A model generated the notes under the pieces. It was not told the DNA's origin. It made no database searches and worked only from the letters and a program-made list of their open reading frames with translations. A program made the position numbers and the translations under genes. This document shows, piece by piece, positions 34,977-46,954 of a stretch of DNA of 64,000 nt. This stretch comes from Azolla caroliniana (Eukaryota > Plantae > Polypodiophyta): NCBI GenBank assembly GCA_043228905.1, contig JBHGNT010000013.1:434001-498000 (forward strand). Reading direction: 5' to 3'. How positions within the stretch are numbered: position 1 is the first letter of the stretch; each line of letters opens with the position of its first letter.

Positions 34977-35501
34977 TGTGAAGAATAGCGCAGAATATCG
35001 CTCGGCCACAACCGAGTCTTGAATCACAGAAATGGGAATGAACAAGAGAGTACACAGAAATGACACAAGATGCTTACGTGGAAAACCCTAATAGGGAACA
35101 CCACGGGAGCCCACGAACTCCAACTATCACTATATGAGAGAAAATACAAAGTGGAGGCACAGAGCCAACGACCTCGTGCTTGCGATCTTCGCTCGACGGC
35201 AGTTACAACAGAGAGTGCTCGTAGCTTCTCTCTCTCTCTATACAGTAGCTATACACATACCACCATATGACAATAACAACTAACAACCTTACAAAGTGAT
35301 TGCCCTAAGTCATATTTATACTCAAAACTTAGGGCTATTTACAAATATAGCCTCAATGAGCTTACTCAAAACATATTTACTGATATGTCTTCTCTCTTCC
35401 AGTTCTCACCGGGTCTCCTCCGGTTTCCGAATCTCTTCTGGTTCTCACCGGTCCTCTTTATTCATCACCGGATCCCATCCGGAGAGACCGATTTCCCAAC
35501 A
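34977..35501 (-). repeat. 5' LTR of H
   Basis: Minus strand reads TGTTGGGAAATC...CTTCACA, adjacent to the PBS; partner LTR is lost. Confidence 0.78.
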
Positions 35502-35567
35502 GTAGTGAAGAAGATGTGCATTGTGATAAAAATCAAGAATTAAAAAAGTGAAAGTAGATAGTTGCAT

Positions 35568-35570
<3 letters not shown>

Positions 35571-35612
<42 letters not shown>
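35571..35612. repeat. (GA)n microsatellite
   Basis: Directly visible. Confidence 0.95.
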
Positions 35613-35614
<2 letters not shown>

Positions 35615-36021
35615 TGGTCAAAGAAGAATTGCTTACATCAACCTTCGAACTCTATCATTACAAGGTAACTAACCCATTTATATAGTTAGGTTAACTGTGT
35701 GTTCACACTAGAGATACAAGGTGGGCAGAGAGGGACTTTTATCCCAACAAACTTCCTTGTAAAAGGACTACTTTGTTTACATACGATGATATGGGGTTAT
35801 CTCCCCCGTCAGTTTAGATTACACTTTGAATTTTAAAATATAATGTATGTTACAAGCTTAGAATTGGTTGGTGGCCAAGTGATTAGAGATGAATTCGGCT
35901 TGCTCGAAAGCCTGCCAAGTCGGCTGAGGTTTGAATTGGAGAGTACTTTATTCGTCCTTTGGCTTCTAGATTGTCAGTTTTCTGTGTGTGTTATTTCCGG
36001 TGCTTTCTAATGGATCATTGA

Positions 36022-36465
36022 TGTCATGAACACATGACCATTATGGCGTCACCCGGACTTGAACCTCGAACCTTGTAATCCATACTTGAAAACCTCAACC
36101 ATTAAGATAGTTTATTGTTATATAAAACAATAAAAGCTACTTCTTGTATTACATTGATTATTGTAAAAACTCTAGATTATTCTAGAATGTTCTAGAATGT
36201 CCTAGAGCATTCTAGGTCTAGAACATTCTAGAACATTCTAGAAATCTCTAAGTTATTCTATAGGAACCTATAAATAAGGGCATACATGTATTCTCAAATC
36301 AATTCGAATCAACACCAGTCTTTAGCTCTCATTATATATCTTGTATCCATTCTCTTTCTTTCTCTATCTTATACATCCATTCTTCTCTTAGTATTTCGTT
36401 CCTTTCTTCTCATGTTCTCTAATATCCTTCTTCCATCACTCTATCTTTTATCCTTGGTTCTGACA
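36022..36465 (+). repeat. 5' LTR of E
   Basis: Direct repeat of 41362-41805. Confidence 0.97.
36180..36243 (+). promoter_or_regulatory. Heat-shock-element array in the U3 of E; also at 41520-41583
   Basis: TTCtaGAAtgTTCtaGAA and GAAcaTTCtaGAAcaTTCtaGAA, about 25 bp upstream of TATAAATA at 36269. Confidence 0.7.
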
Positions 36466-36467
36466 GT

Positions 36468-36474
36468 TTGATTC

Positions 36475-36479
<5 letters not shown>
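36468..36479 (+). promoter_or_regulatory. Self-priming PBS of E (TTGATTCGAATT)
   Basis: Exact complement of LTR 36301-36312, 24 nt after TATAAATA. Confidence 0.85.
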
Positions 36480-36532
<53 letters not shown>

Positions 36533-36557
36533 CCTCCTTTGTAACCATCCTGAAACC

Positions 36558-37721
36558 ATGGCTGCCATTAACTCAGAAGAATATCTCACCCTTGTTGCAG
36601 AAATGGAGAACCTTAAATCAAAGTTCGCATCTCTTGAAGTGGAGAATCAAAGTCTACTTGGGGATCTACAAAAGGTTACTATAGAGAAGCAACAACAACA
36701 AGAGGAGTTCACGCGACGAGTGCAACAGTTAGAGTCAACAATCGTCGTGTTACAACAACAAAGGGTTGAAGGTCAGGGACTTATCAAGGAGCCCAAAATT
36801 AGCCTCCCAGCTAAATTTGATGGGTCGAGGGCGCATTTCCGAGGTTTTTTGAATCAAGTATGGTTGGTGATTCAAATGCATCCCGCACGTTATCCAACAG
36901 ATCCATCACGAGTCGGGCTAGTGGGCACTTTATTGACTGGCATAGCGTTGTTGTGGTTTGCTCCATTACTAGAGACCAATTCTCCTCTACTGAATAATTT
37001 CGAGGAATTTATCAAGGAATTTAAGGCTTGTTTCGGAGATACTGATGGGGCGAGAACAGCTATCAACAAGATTCATACACTTCGTCAAGGTGATCAACCA
37101 GCTTCAACATATGCTGCCAATTTCCGTCTCATCACAAGCGATATTCCTTGGGATGAACAAGCCCTAATGGAGCAATTCCGTTCAGGCCTTCGTAGTGATG
37201 TCAAAGACTTACTTCTTACCTTCCCCGAGGATCCAAGGTCACTTACAAAAGCTATTAGTCGAGAAATACGGTGTGATAATCGCCTTTTTGAGCGTCGATG
37301 TGAGCGACAACAACAAATAACAAGATCAAGATTCACACCAACTTATGCATCAGTAACGGCGCAATCATCCCCAAGGCAAATGTATAGCCCTGCTCCAACT
37401 CCAAGGCAAACACGTAGTCCAGTCCCAATGGATAGTCCTACACCCATGGAGATCGATATGACTCAACGACGAGGACCATTGTCAGACGAAGAGAAGCAAC
37501 TTCTTCGAGCAAACCATCTGTGCTTATATTGTGGAGGTCCAGGACATATAGCCATTCATTGCTCCCGTAGGCCGAGACGTCAGGTAAATCAAATTCACTA
37601 TGATAATAAAAATGAGTCCAACATTTTAGAAGTAGTTAGTGAATCTAATATTATGAATAATCCACCCTTGTCCAATAAATTTGAAGTCCTAAGCCAATTA
37701 GAAGAGGAGTCAAACGAATAA
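36558..37721 (+). CDS. gag: Gag of E
   Basis: EPKISLPAKFDG, PTPMEID, CLYCGGPGHIAIHC(S). The upstream part of the listed ORF is a (CT)n UTR (36479-36528). Confidence 0.9.
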   Translation: MAAINSEEYLTLVAEMENLKSKFASLEVENQSLLGDLQKVTIEKQQQQEEFTRRVQQLESTIVVLQQQRVEGQGLIKEPKISLPAKFDGSRAHFRGFLNQVWLVIQMHPARYPTDPSRVGLVGTLLTGIALLWFAPLLETNSPLLNNFEEFIKEFKACFGDTDGARTAINKIHTLRQGDQPASTYAANFRLITSDIPWDEQALMEQFRSGLRSDVKDLLLTFPEDPRSLTKAISREIRCDNRLFERRCERQQQITRSRFTPTYASVTAQSSPRQMYSPAPTPRQTRSPVPMDSPTPMEIDMTQRRGPLSDEEKQLLRANHLCLYCGGPGHIAIHCSRRPRRQVNQIHYDNKNESNILEVVSESNIMNNPPLSNKFEVLSQLEEESNE

Positions 37722-37747
37722 GTCCGGCCAAAATAGGAGCCATTTGG

Positions 37748-40700
37748 TTGGACAACCCTAGATATGTACAACCTAGTGTGGGTTCCATTACTTCCAAGCA
37801 TGTTAGTAGAGTCTTCTCAACCCTAGTACAAGTTAGGACACCTAGTTGTCAACTTCAAGTCCAAGCCCTCTTAGATACTGGAGCCAATTCTTGTTTCATG
37901 GATAGAGATTTTGCCCAAAAACACCAAATATCCTTGCATACACTTCCTTGTCCAGTTTCCGTACTAGAGATTGATGGACGCCCCATAGCTTCCGGGAAGA
38001 TATTTGAAGAGTCTGAGCCAATACACATACTCTTGGGTGATTTAGGATGTGTAGTTTCCTTTAACATAATCTGTAGTCCTGAGCATCCAATTGTCCTCGG
38101 TTTGCCATGGTTCGAGCTACATAACCCTAGAATCGATTGGAGGAAGCGAGAAATTAGATGCCCTTTAGCCGAAAATATCATTGTCAAGGATCGAACTCGG
38201 GATTATCCTCCCAAAGTATATAGTTCTACTGATGCACCATATCCTTCTCCTCAAATTTCAGCCATCACATTGCAACAATTGCGCCAAGTGGGAGGCAAGG
38301 AGGACCTTTTCTTATTTGCAGTATCAGTGACACCTTCTAGTGTCACTCAAGGGAATTCAGACATTCAAATTCCCAAAAAATATCAAGACTATGCTGATGT
38401 TTTCGACAAAGTCAAAGCTAGTGTTCTTCCAAAGCATCGGCCGTACGACTGTCCTATTGATCTCCAACCAGGAAAAGAGCCACTGTGGGGTCCGATTTAC
38501 AATTTATCACCCACTAAGCTTGAGGTTCTTCAAGAATACATCGAGGAAAATCTTGCACATGGGTTTATTCAACATTCAAAGTCTCAAGCTGGTGCTCCTA
38601 TCTTTTTTGTGAAGAAAAAGGACGGCTCCCTTCGTTTGGTCGTGGACTATCGAGGCTTAAATAAAGTCACCATAAGGAATAGGTATGCTTTACCTTTAAT
38701 CTCCAATCTCTTAGAACGCATTGGTGGGGCAAAGCATTTTACCAAAATTGATCTAAGGGGTGCATATAATCTTGTTCGAATTTGGCCGGGAGATGAGTGG
38801 AAAACAGCATTTCGTACTCGGTATGGTCATTTCGAGTATACAGTCATGCCTTTCGGGCTCACAAATGCACTTGCCGTATTCCAACATATGGCAAATGACA
38901 TCTTCCGGGATTTCTTGGATATTTTTCTAATCATCTACCTAGATGATCTATTGATTTACTCTAAAACACAGGGGGAGCATGATATACATGTGCGGCAAGT
39001 ACTTGAACGCCTAAGGAAGTATGGTCTTTACGCCAAACTTGACAAATGCAGTTTTGATTGCAAACAAGTCGAATTTTTGGGATACACTATTTCATCCCAT
39101 GGTGTTTTCATGGACCCGGCAAAAGTCCAAACAATATTGGAATGGAAACCCCCATGCTCAGTTCGGGATGTCCAGTGTTTCCTCGGATTTGCGAACTTCT
39201 ATCGCAAATTCATACATAATTATTCAAGCATTGTGTTGCCCCTTACTCAACTCACCAAGAAAAATCAAGCATTTTTTTGGAGTATCGAAGCGGACAAGGC
39301 TTTTACCCAGCTGAAAGAGGCATTCACATCAACACCCATCCTAGCACATATTGATCCTGAAAAGCCATTTACTATTGAGGCGGATGCATCAGACTTTGCA
39401 TTGGGGAGTATCCTATCGCAACCAGGCGAGGACTGGCAGATACATCCAGTCGCGTTTCACTCGAGAAAATTTATTGTTTCAGAGATAAACTATGAGGTGC
39501 ATGACAAGGAGTTACTAGCTATGGTCGACTCATTCGAGCAATGGCGTCATTTTCTAGAAGGATCAGCTCATCAGATTATCATTTATAGTGATCACAAAAA
39601 TCTCACATATTTTCAAACAACTCGAGTATTAAATAGACGACAAGCTCGGTGGGCCCAATTTCTAACGCGTTTCGATTTCAAGATCATTTTTCGCCCCGGA
39701 AAACAACAAGGGAATGCAGATGCTTTGTCTCGGCGTTCGTATCTAGCACTTCGACCTGGAGATCCAGCCTTTGACAATCAAAAGCAAACTCTCCTCGGGC
39801 CATCAAACCTACAGGTAACAACAATTTATGCCATACCACTTGATTCTACCCTTCTTGACACTATTCGGCAACAACTTCATTCGGATGATTTTGCTAAGGA
39901 TGTCTTAGCCCACTATGGTTCAAGTCATCCATCTTGCTCCACATTGCCAAGGTCATCTCAACATTATCAGGAATTCAAGTGGCAAGATGGTTTACTCTTC
40001 TACAAGAATCTCCTTTACGTCCCCAACGGATCACCCCGACTTCAACTGTTGGAACATTGTCATGATGCCCCCATGGTTGGACATTTTGGTATTTCCAAGA
40101 CCATTGAGCTGGTGAAACGTTCGTTTTGGTGGCCTCACTTGCAAAAATTTGTCAAAGATTATGTTCGCACTTGTGACACCTGCTATCGCGCCAAAATACC
40201 CCAGCATCACCCTTATGGCTTACTACAACCATTACCCCCTCCCAACAAGCCATGGCAGTCTATTTCTATGGATTTCATTACGGATCTGCCACCTTCCAAA
40301 GGCTTTGATACTATTTTAACAGTAGTGGATCGGTTCACCAAGTTGGCACATTTTGTACCATGTGTAAAGACCATCAATACTGAAGAAACTGCAGATCTCA
40401 TTATGCGTGAAGTGTTTCGCCATCATGGTCTCCCGAATGATATTATTAGCGATCGAGGTCCTCAATTTATCTCACACTTTTGGAAGCACCTATGGGCAGG
40501 CCTCAAAATCTCTTGCAAACTCTCTTCGGCTTATCATCCACAAACTGACGGACAAACAGAGCGCACAAATCAAACGCTCGAGCAATATCTTCGATGTTTC
40601 ATTAGTTATCAACAAGATGATTGGAGTAATATTTTACATCTTGCCGAGTTTGCATACAACAACACGGTCCACTCTTCTACCAAAGTTACACCTTTCTTTG

Positions 40701-41377
40701 CCTACACCGGCAACCACCCTCGATGGTGTATACTGGATCTTCCCGAAGTGTCACGAAACCCTAGTGCGGCGCATCACCTCCACCGACTACAACAAATCCA
40801 GTTCGAGTTATCGTCCCATCTTCAGAAAGCGCAAGCACACCATAAGACCAATGGCGATCGACATCGTCTTAAGTCTCCGTTTAAGGTTGGTGACCGTGTA
40901 TGGTTGCTTCGTCATCACATCAAGACTACCCGACCGTGTGCTAAGCTTGACTATCAACGCTTAGGTCCTTTTGTCATCACGGGGTAGATTAATGATGCAA
41001 CATTTCGTCTTAACCTTCCTGCACATATGCGGCTTCACCCTGTCTTTCATAGCTCTCTTTTGGAACCTTGCCACACCTCTTTAATTCCTAATCGTGTCGT
41101 GCCACCACCACCTTCTGTACAACTTGTGGACGGCCCCGAATACGAGGTAGCTGCTATTCTCGATTCTAAGATTGTGCGCACTAAGCTTTATTATCTAGTT
41201 GATTGGCTTGGTTATCCACCGAGTGATCGCACTTGGGAACCCATCAATAACGTTTGTAATGTTGAAGCTCTGGTCAACGACTTCCATTGTCACTATCCAA
41301 ACAAGCCCGGCCCAACAATGTTAACACCGACTTCCACTTGGCGTTCTGGAAGGAGGGATAGTGTCATGAACACATGA
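37748..41377 (+). pseudogene. pol: Pol of E with an in-frame stop near 40985, before the chromodomain
   Basis: LLDTGAN, YLDD, EADASDFALG, SISMDFIT, YEVAAILD...YLVDWLGYP...TWEP. Confidence 0.93.
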
Positions 41378-41805
41378 CCATTATGGCGTCACCCGGACTT
41401 GAACCTTGAACCTTGTAATCCATACTTGAAAACCTCAACCATTAAGATAGTTTATTGTTATATGAAACAATAAAAGCTACTTCTTGTATTACATTGATTA
41501 TTGTAAAAACTCTAGATTATTCTAGAATGTTCTAGAATGTCCTAGAGCATTCTAGGTCTAGAACTTTCTAGAACTTTCTAGAAATCTCTAAGTTATTCTA
41601 TAGGAACCTATAAATAAGGGCATACATGTATTCTCAAATCAATTCGAATCAACACCAGTCTTTAGCTCTCATTATATATCTTGTATCCATTCTCTTTCTT
41701 TCTCTATCTTATACATCCATTCTTCTCTTAGTATTTCGTTCCTTTCTTCTCGTGTTCTCTAATATCCTTCTTCCATCACTCTATCTTTTATCCTTGGTTC
41801 TGACA
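41362..41805 (+). repeat. 3' LTR of E
   Basis: Direct repeat of 36022-36465. Confidence 0.97.
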
Positions 41806-41956
41806 GTTGATTGCTTTCCAGTTCCTTCGCACTCAGTTGCATCTTCAGCGTTCAGGTTAACTTCTTCCTTTGACTTTGCCTTTTCGACTTGTTTGCCCTT
41901 GTAGTATGTCGTCTTACCTTCTACTCTCCTTTCAGCTCTTCTTTGCTCACTCATTT

Positions 41957-43612
41957 TTGTAGTCCCATATGCCCTTTTAGTGTGTTGAAGAGTTGTTCTA
42001 AGAGTGGCTTTGTTAGGCTATTGGCGATGTTCACCTCCTTATCCACCTTTCGGACTTCGAGCTTCTTGTTAATGATGAGCTCCTGAATGTGTTTGTACCT
42101 CAACTCAATATGCTTCATCTTAGCATGGTATACCAGATTCCATATGAGGTGTATTGCGCTTTATGAGTTACAATAGAGTGTTGGCGCAAGATGGTCAATT
42201 TGGCCTTTAGCCAAAAAATCAGCCAATAGTCGATGCAACCAAATGGTTTCCTTGGCTTCTTTTGATGTGGCTATGCACTTAGTCTTTGTTGTCAAGAGTG
42301 CAATGCAATCTTGTAACTTCGACCGAACAGCGAGAGCCTAGGTAGACAAAGAAAATGAAGCCAATACAAATTGTAGTCCCATATGCCCTTTTAGTGTGTT
42401 GAAGAGTTGTTCTAAGAGTGGCTTTGTTAGGCTATTGGCGATGTTCACCTCCTTATCCACCTTTCGGACTTCGAGCTTCTTGTTAATGATGAGCTCCTGA
42501 ATGTGTTTGTACCTCAACTCAATATGCTTCATCTTAGCATGGTATACCAGATTCCATATGAGGTGTATTGCGCTTTATGAGTTACAATAGAGTGTTGGCG
42601 CAAGATGGTCAATTTGGCCTTTAGCCAAAAAATCAGCCAATAGTCGATGCAACCAAATGGTTTCCTTGGCTTCTTTTGATGTGGCTATGCACTTAGTCTT
42701 TGTTGTCAAGAGTGCAATGCAATCTTGTAACTTCGACCGAATAGCGAGAGCCTAGGTAGACAAAGAAAATGAAGCCAATACAAATTGTAGTCCTATATGC
42801 CCTTTTAGTGTGTTGAAGAGTTGTTCTAAGAGTGGCTTTGTTAGGCTATTGGCGATGTTCACCTCCTTATCCACCTTTCGGACTTCGAGCTTCTTGTTAA
42901 TGATGAGCTCCTGAATGTGTTTGTACCTCAACTCAATATGCTTCATCTTAGCATGGTATACCAGATTCCATATGAGGTGTATTGCGCTTTATGAGTTACA
43001 ATAGAGTGTTGGCGCAAGATGGTCAATTTGGCCTTTAGCCAAAAAAGCAGCCAATAGTCGATGCAACCAAATGGTTTCCTTGGCTTCTTTTGATGTGGCT
43101 ATGCACTTAGTCTTTGTTGTCAAGAGTGCAATGCAATCTTGTAACTTCGACCGAACAGCGAGAGCCTAGGTAGACAAAGAAAATGAAGCCAATACAAATT
43201 GTAGTCCCATATGCCCTTTTAGTGTGTTGAAGAGTTGTTCTAAGAGTGGCTTTGTTAGGCTATTGGTGATGTTCACCTCCTTATCCACCTTTCGGACTTC
43301 GAGCTTCTTGTTAATGATGAGCTCCTGAATGTGTTTGTACCTCAACTCAATATGCTTCATCTTAGCATGGTATACCAGATTCCATATGAGGTGTATTGCG
43401 CTTTATGAGTTACAATAGAGTGTTGGCGCAAGATGGTCAATTTGGCCTTTAGCCAAAAAATCAGCCAATAGTCGATGCAACCAAATGGTTTCCTTGGCTT
43501 CTTTTGATGTGGCTATGCACTTAGACTTTGTTGTCAAGAGTGCAATGCAATCTTGTAACTTCGACCGAACAGCGAGAGCCTAGGTAGACAAAGAAAATGA
43601 AGCCAATACAAA
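41957..43612 (-). repeat. Tandem array of four near-identical 414-bp units derived from copia RNase H
   Basis: Unit starts at 41957, 42371, 42785 and 43199; near-identical 64-aa ORFs recur every 414 bp. Confidence 0.95.
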
Positions 43613-46480
43613 TTGCATGCAACAGGACATGACAACCATGGGAGGATCCAGTATGGCAAGCCCTTGCGGATTGCCCGATTACCTTCAATATGAACAAGCT
43701 ATTAAATCTGGTTCCTTGATTCCGGCAAGCCATGGAGAGACGAATGCATAACATAGACTATGTCGAGATTCTGACCCATTTCGTCAAGTCTAGTATGGGG
43801 CCAACCATGGTGGACCACTATAATCCGGCTATTAAGGTTCTCCTACAAGGAGAGGAAATCTCGAGATGCATAATCGATGGAGGGCCAGGAGTAAATTTCA
43901 TTAGCAAGGCCACATGCAATCACCTTGGCATTACAGAGTGGGAAGTGTGCCCATTCTAGCTCTGCATGGAGGATATACGATCTATCTAACCATTGGGGCT
44001 ACTCTGAAAGCTGCAAATTGTGATCAACGGTCACGCATTTGAGATAGTGGTTGTCGTCTTAGCCCTTGATGCCCCTAGCGTGTACCCTTTGCTACTAGGC
44101 CACCAATGGCTGCATTCCGCTAACATCAAGCAGAACTAGCAGCACAATAACATCACGAAGAGGCCGAACCAAGGTTCGGGTTCTGACACAAGAAAGCACA
44201 CCACCCAAGAAAGCTATGACTCCACTATATGCAGAAGAAGTCCACATGTTGGATGGCTTAGATGACAAGGAACTTGATACGTATCTAGAGGAGAATCCAT
44301 GAATAGTACCACTATTCAAAATCGACGTCATCAAAACGGTCGACACGTACATCACACCCGCAACACCAGACGTCGAAGATTGCGAACCAAATATAGAGGC
44401 ACTTCTGGAACTCCGTAGGCCACATGACGCATTCGATCAAGAAATGGAAATCTCTCAATGTGTCACAACATTGTCCTTAGAAGAAATTAATGTCGGGACA
44501 ACCGACACACCACGGCCTCTCTCCATAGTGAAGGACCTACCTCCTTCAGAGAAGGCAACCATGATCAACCTCCTGCATGAGTATAAAGACGTGTTTGCAT
44601 GGTAGCATGAGGATATGAAGAGGTTGGATCCCAAATTTTACCAGCATCAGATCAATTTGGTGACAGACGCCAAACCAGTCCAGCAACGGCGCTACTGTAT
44701 GAACCCGAATTACGTGACACACGTAAAAGAGGAAATCGATAAACTCCTGAAAATGGGGCTTATCAGGCCAATTAAGCAAGCCACATGGCTGAGTCCAATT
44801 ATAGTTGTACCAAAGAAGAACGGGAAAATCCATGTGTGTGTCGACTACCGGAAGCTTAACATGGACACGATCACAGATGCCTTCCCCCTTCCATTCACAG
44901 ATGGTGTACTCGACGTCATAGTTGGGCCCAAGATGTATAGCTTTTTGGATGGCTTTAGTGGATATAATCAGATACGCATGCACCCTGATGACCAAGAAAA
45001 TATTACTTTTGTGATGGATTGGGGCGTGTTCATCACTATGGTGATGATGTTTGGGCTTAAAACCGCACCGGCAACATTTTAGTGTATCATCACCAAAAAA
45101 TTTGGTGAGTATATTTCAGCGTTCATGCAGGTCTTCCTCGATGACTTTGTACTTTATGGTGTATGAGCCGAGCATCTACAACACCTATGATTGTGTTTAG
45201 AATGATGTCTCTCTACACAACTAAGCCTTAATCTGCCCAAGTGTGTGTTTGGCGTAACAAGCAGGGCTCTTCTCTGACACATAGTTAGCCGAGAAGGCAT
45301 TGCAGTTGATCCCAGAAAGATCAAGGCCAGCATGGAGGCCCGACCCCGAAGAATGCAAAGGCGATGGAGATAGAAGAAAAGGTGTACCTGTCTTTGAAGG
45401 TAATGATCACGCAGGCACCAGTGGTACAACCACCGAACTAGACGAAACCGTTCCACATTTTTGTGAATGCGTCAGATATAGCCATCGGCAGTGCACTAAT
45501 GCAGTTGACCAAGTTGAGTTTGTATCGACCAGTTTACTATTTTAGCTAGAAATTGTCGATCGTCGAGCATAACTTCTCCATGACCGAGCATGAAGCTCTA
45601 GGTATGATATATAGCATCAACAAATTTCAACACTACCTACTAGGCCGGAAATTCATCTTCCATGTCGATCACGCGGCGGTACTCTATCTGGTCTCGAAGC
45701 AGTCACTTATGGGGAAGTTAGCATGATGGATGCTGTTGTTGCAAGAATTTGAGGTCAAAATCCAGCACACGGTGGCCAACTATCTGAGTTGTATTGAAAA
45801 TGGTGAGGAGGTTGTCGAAGGTGATGATGACTTTCTGGACATCAAAATCCTACGCATTTCAACGAATGACGCCGAGGTGGCCAAGACAATACTCCCCAAC
45901 AAATGGCTGGAGGACATGAGCCATTTCTTAGGCACAGGGCTACCACCCCCATGAATGTGAATGGACAAGAAGAAGCGATTGGTGGTCAAAAGTCGCAACT
46001 TTTTCCTACTCGAAGGAATCTTGTGCCATAAGGGAAGCGACGGCATTCGGCAAAGATGTGTTCGGGATGATGAGAAGGGGGTCGTGTTACGAGAGGCTCA
46101 TTGCAGTATAGCCGGGAGCCATTACGTGGGTGAGACGAGCACACATAAGATATGGCAAGCATGGCTCTGGTGGCCAACGACACAGAAGGATGCCCAAGCG
46201 TACTGTTGGGAATGCGACTGTGTCAGCAGATGGGCCAACCCACAGAGCGAGCCCAAATGCCGCATCAGCCCATACTACCTCTCGAACCATTCCAAAAGTG
46301 GGGCCATTTACTCCAGCCGCAGCACATACGAGTAATAAGTACATTCTAGTCACCACAGATTACTGCACCAAATGGGTTGAAGCAAAGGCATTACAGGACA
46401 ACACGGCAGTGTCTACCACGAAGTTTTTTGTATGCACACATTTGGTGCCATTCGGTTTCCCGATAAAACTAATGAGTGAC

Positions 46481-46860
46481 TGTTGAGCGGCAGGCTCAAC
46501 CGGAGCCGGATCGGCTGAATAAGCCGGAGCCGGTAAGCGAGACGGATCGGTATGACGATGAGCAACCGAACCGGCAAGCAGTGGAGGCCGGGTGCAATCC
46601 GTAACCGGAAGTCCAATCGGAAGCCTAGTATAGGATAGACTACCAGGTAGTTATAGTCTAGTAGTAAGTGTGAGATGCTCGTGTGAGCATTGAAGTACAT
46701 GGTACTTCTGTCAGTTCCAAGAGGACTTGTATAAATAGTGCTACTTAGCACAGTGTGTAAAGGTAGTCTGAAAATAATTTGAAATTACGTTCTACTCTCT
46801 CTCTCTCTCTCTCTCTCTGTTGTTCTCTGTTTTACGCTTCCGCAAACACTCACGTTTACA
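46481..46860 (+). repeat. 5' LTR of F
   Basis: Repeat of 51831-52260, which has an extra 14-bp duplication and a longer (CT)n. Confidence 0.95.
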
Positions 46861-46954
46861 TGGTATCAGAGCGCGAGGGTTGAGAACCTCTGCTGTAGAC
46901 ATTTACTCTTGAGAAGAAAACCCTAACAGGTCGAAAACAGACACAGTAGAAGAC

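Larger units (their letters stand above)
11282..35501 (-). mobile_element. Element H: Ty1/copia (Tnt1/Tork-like), 3'-truncated within integrase; host of B and D
   Basis: 5' LTR 34977-35501, iMet PBS, gag knuckle CFYCGKPGHFQKNC, protease WVVDFGASFH. Removing D and B restores LKDVRHVPEVRLNLISAG and LVKDVQLEKCTDC in frame. Confidence 0.88.
36022..41805 (+). mobile_element. Element E: full-length Tcn1-like chromovirus
   Basis: 444-bp LTRs with about 5 mismatches, TSD ATTGA/GTTGA (1 mismatch), PPT GGAAGGAGGGATAG at 41348-41361, chromodomain. Confidence 0.96.
35502..43612 (-). mobile_element. Element J: decayed copia 3' end (RNase H, tail, PPT, partial LTR), interrupted by E
   Basis: MKHIELRY...IANSLTKPL RNase H C-terminus, GGGGGAGA PPT (35800-35807), TATA and (CT)n downstream. 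Confidence 0.55.
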
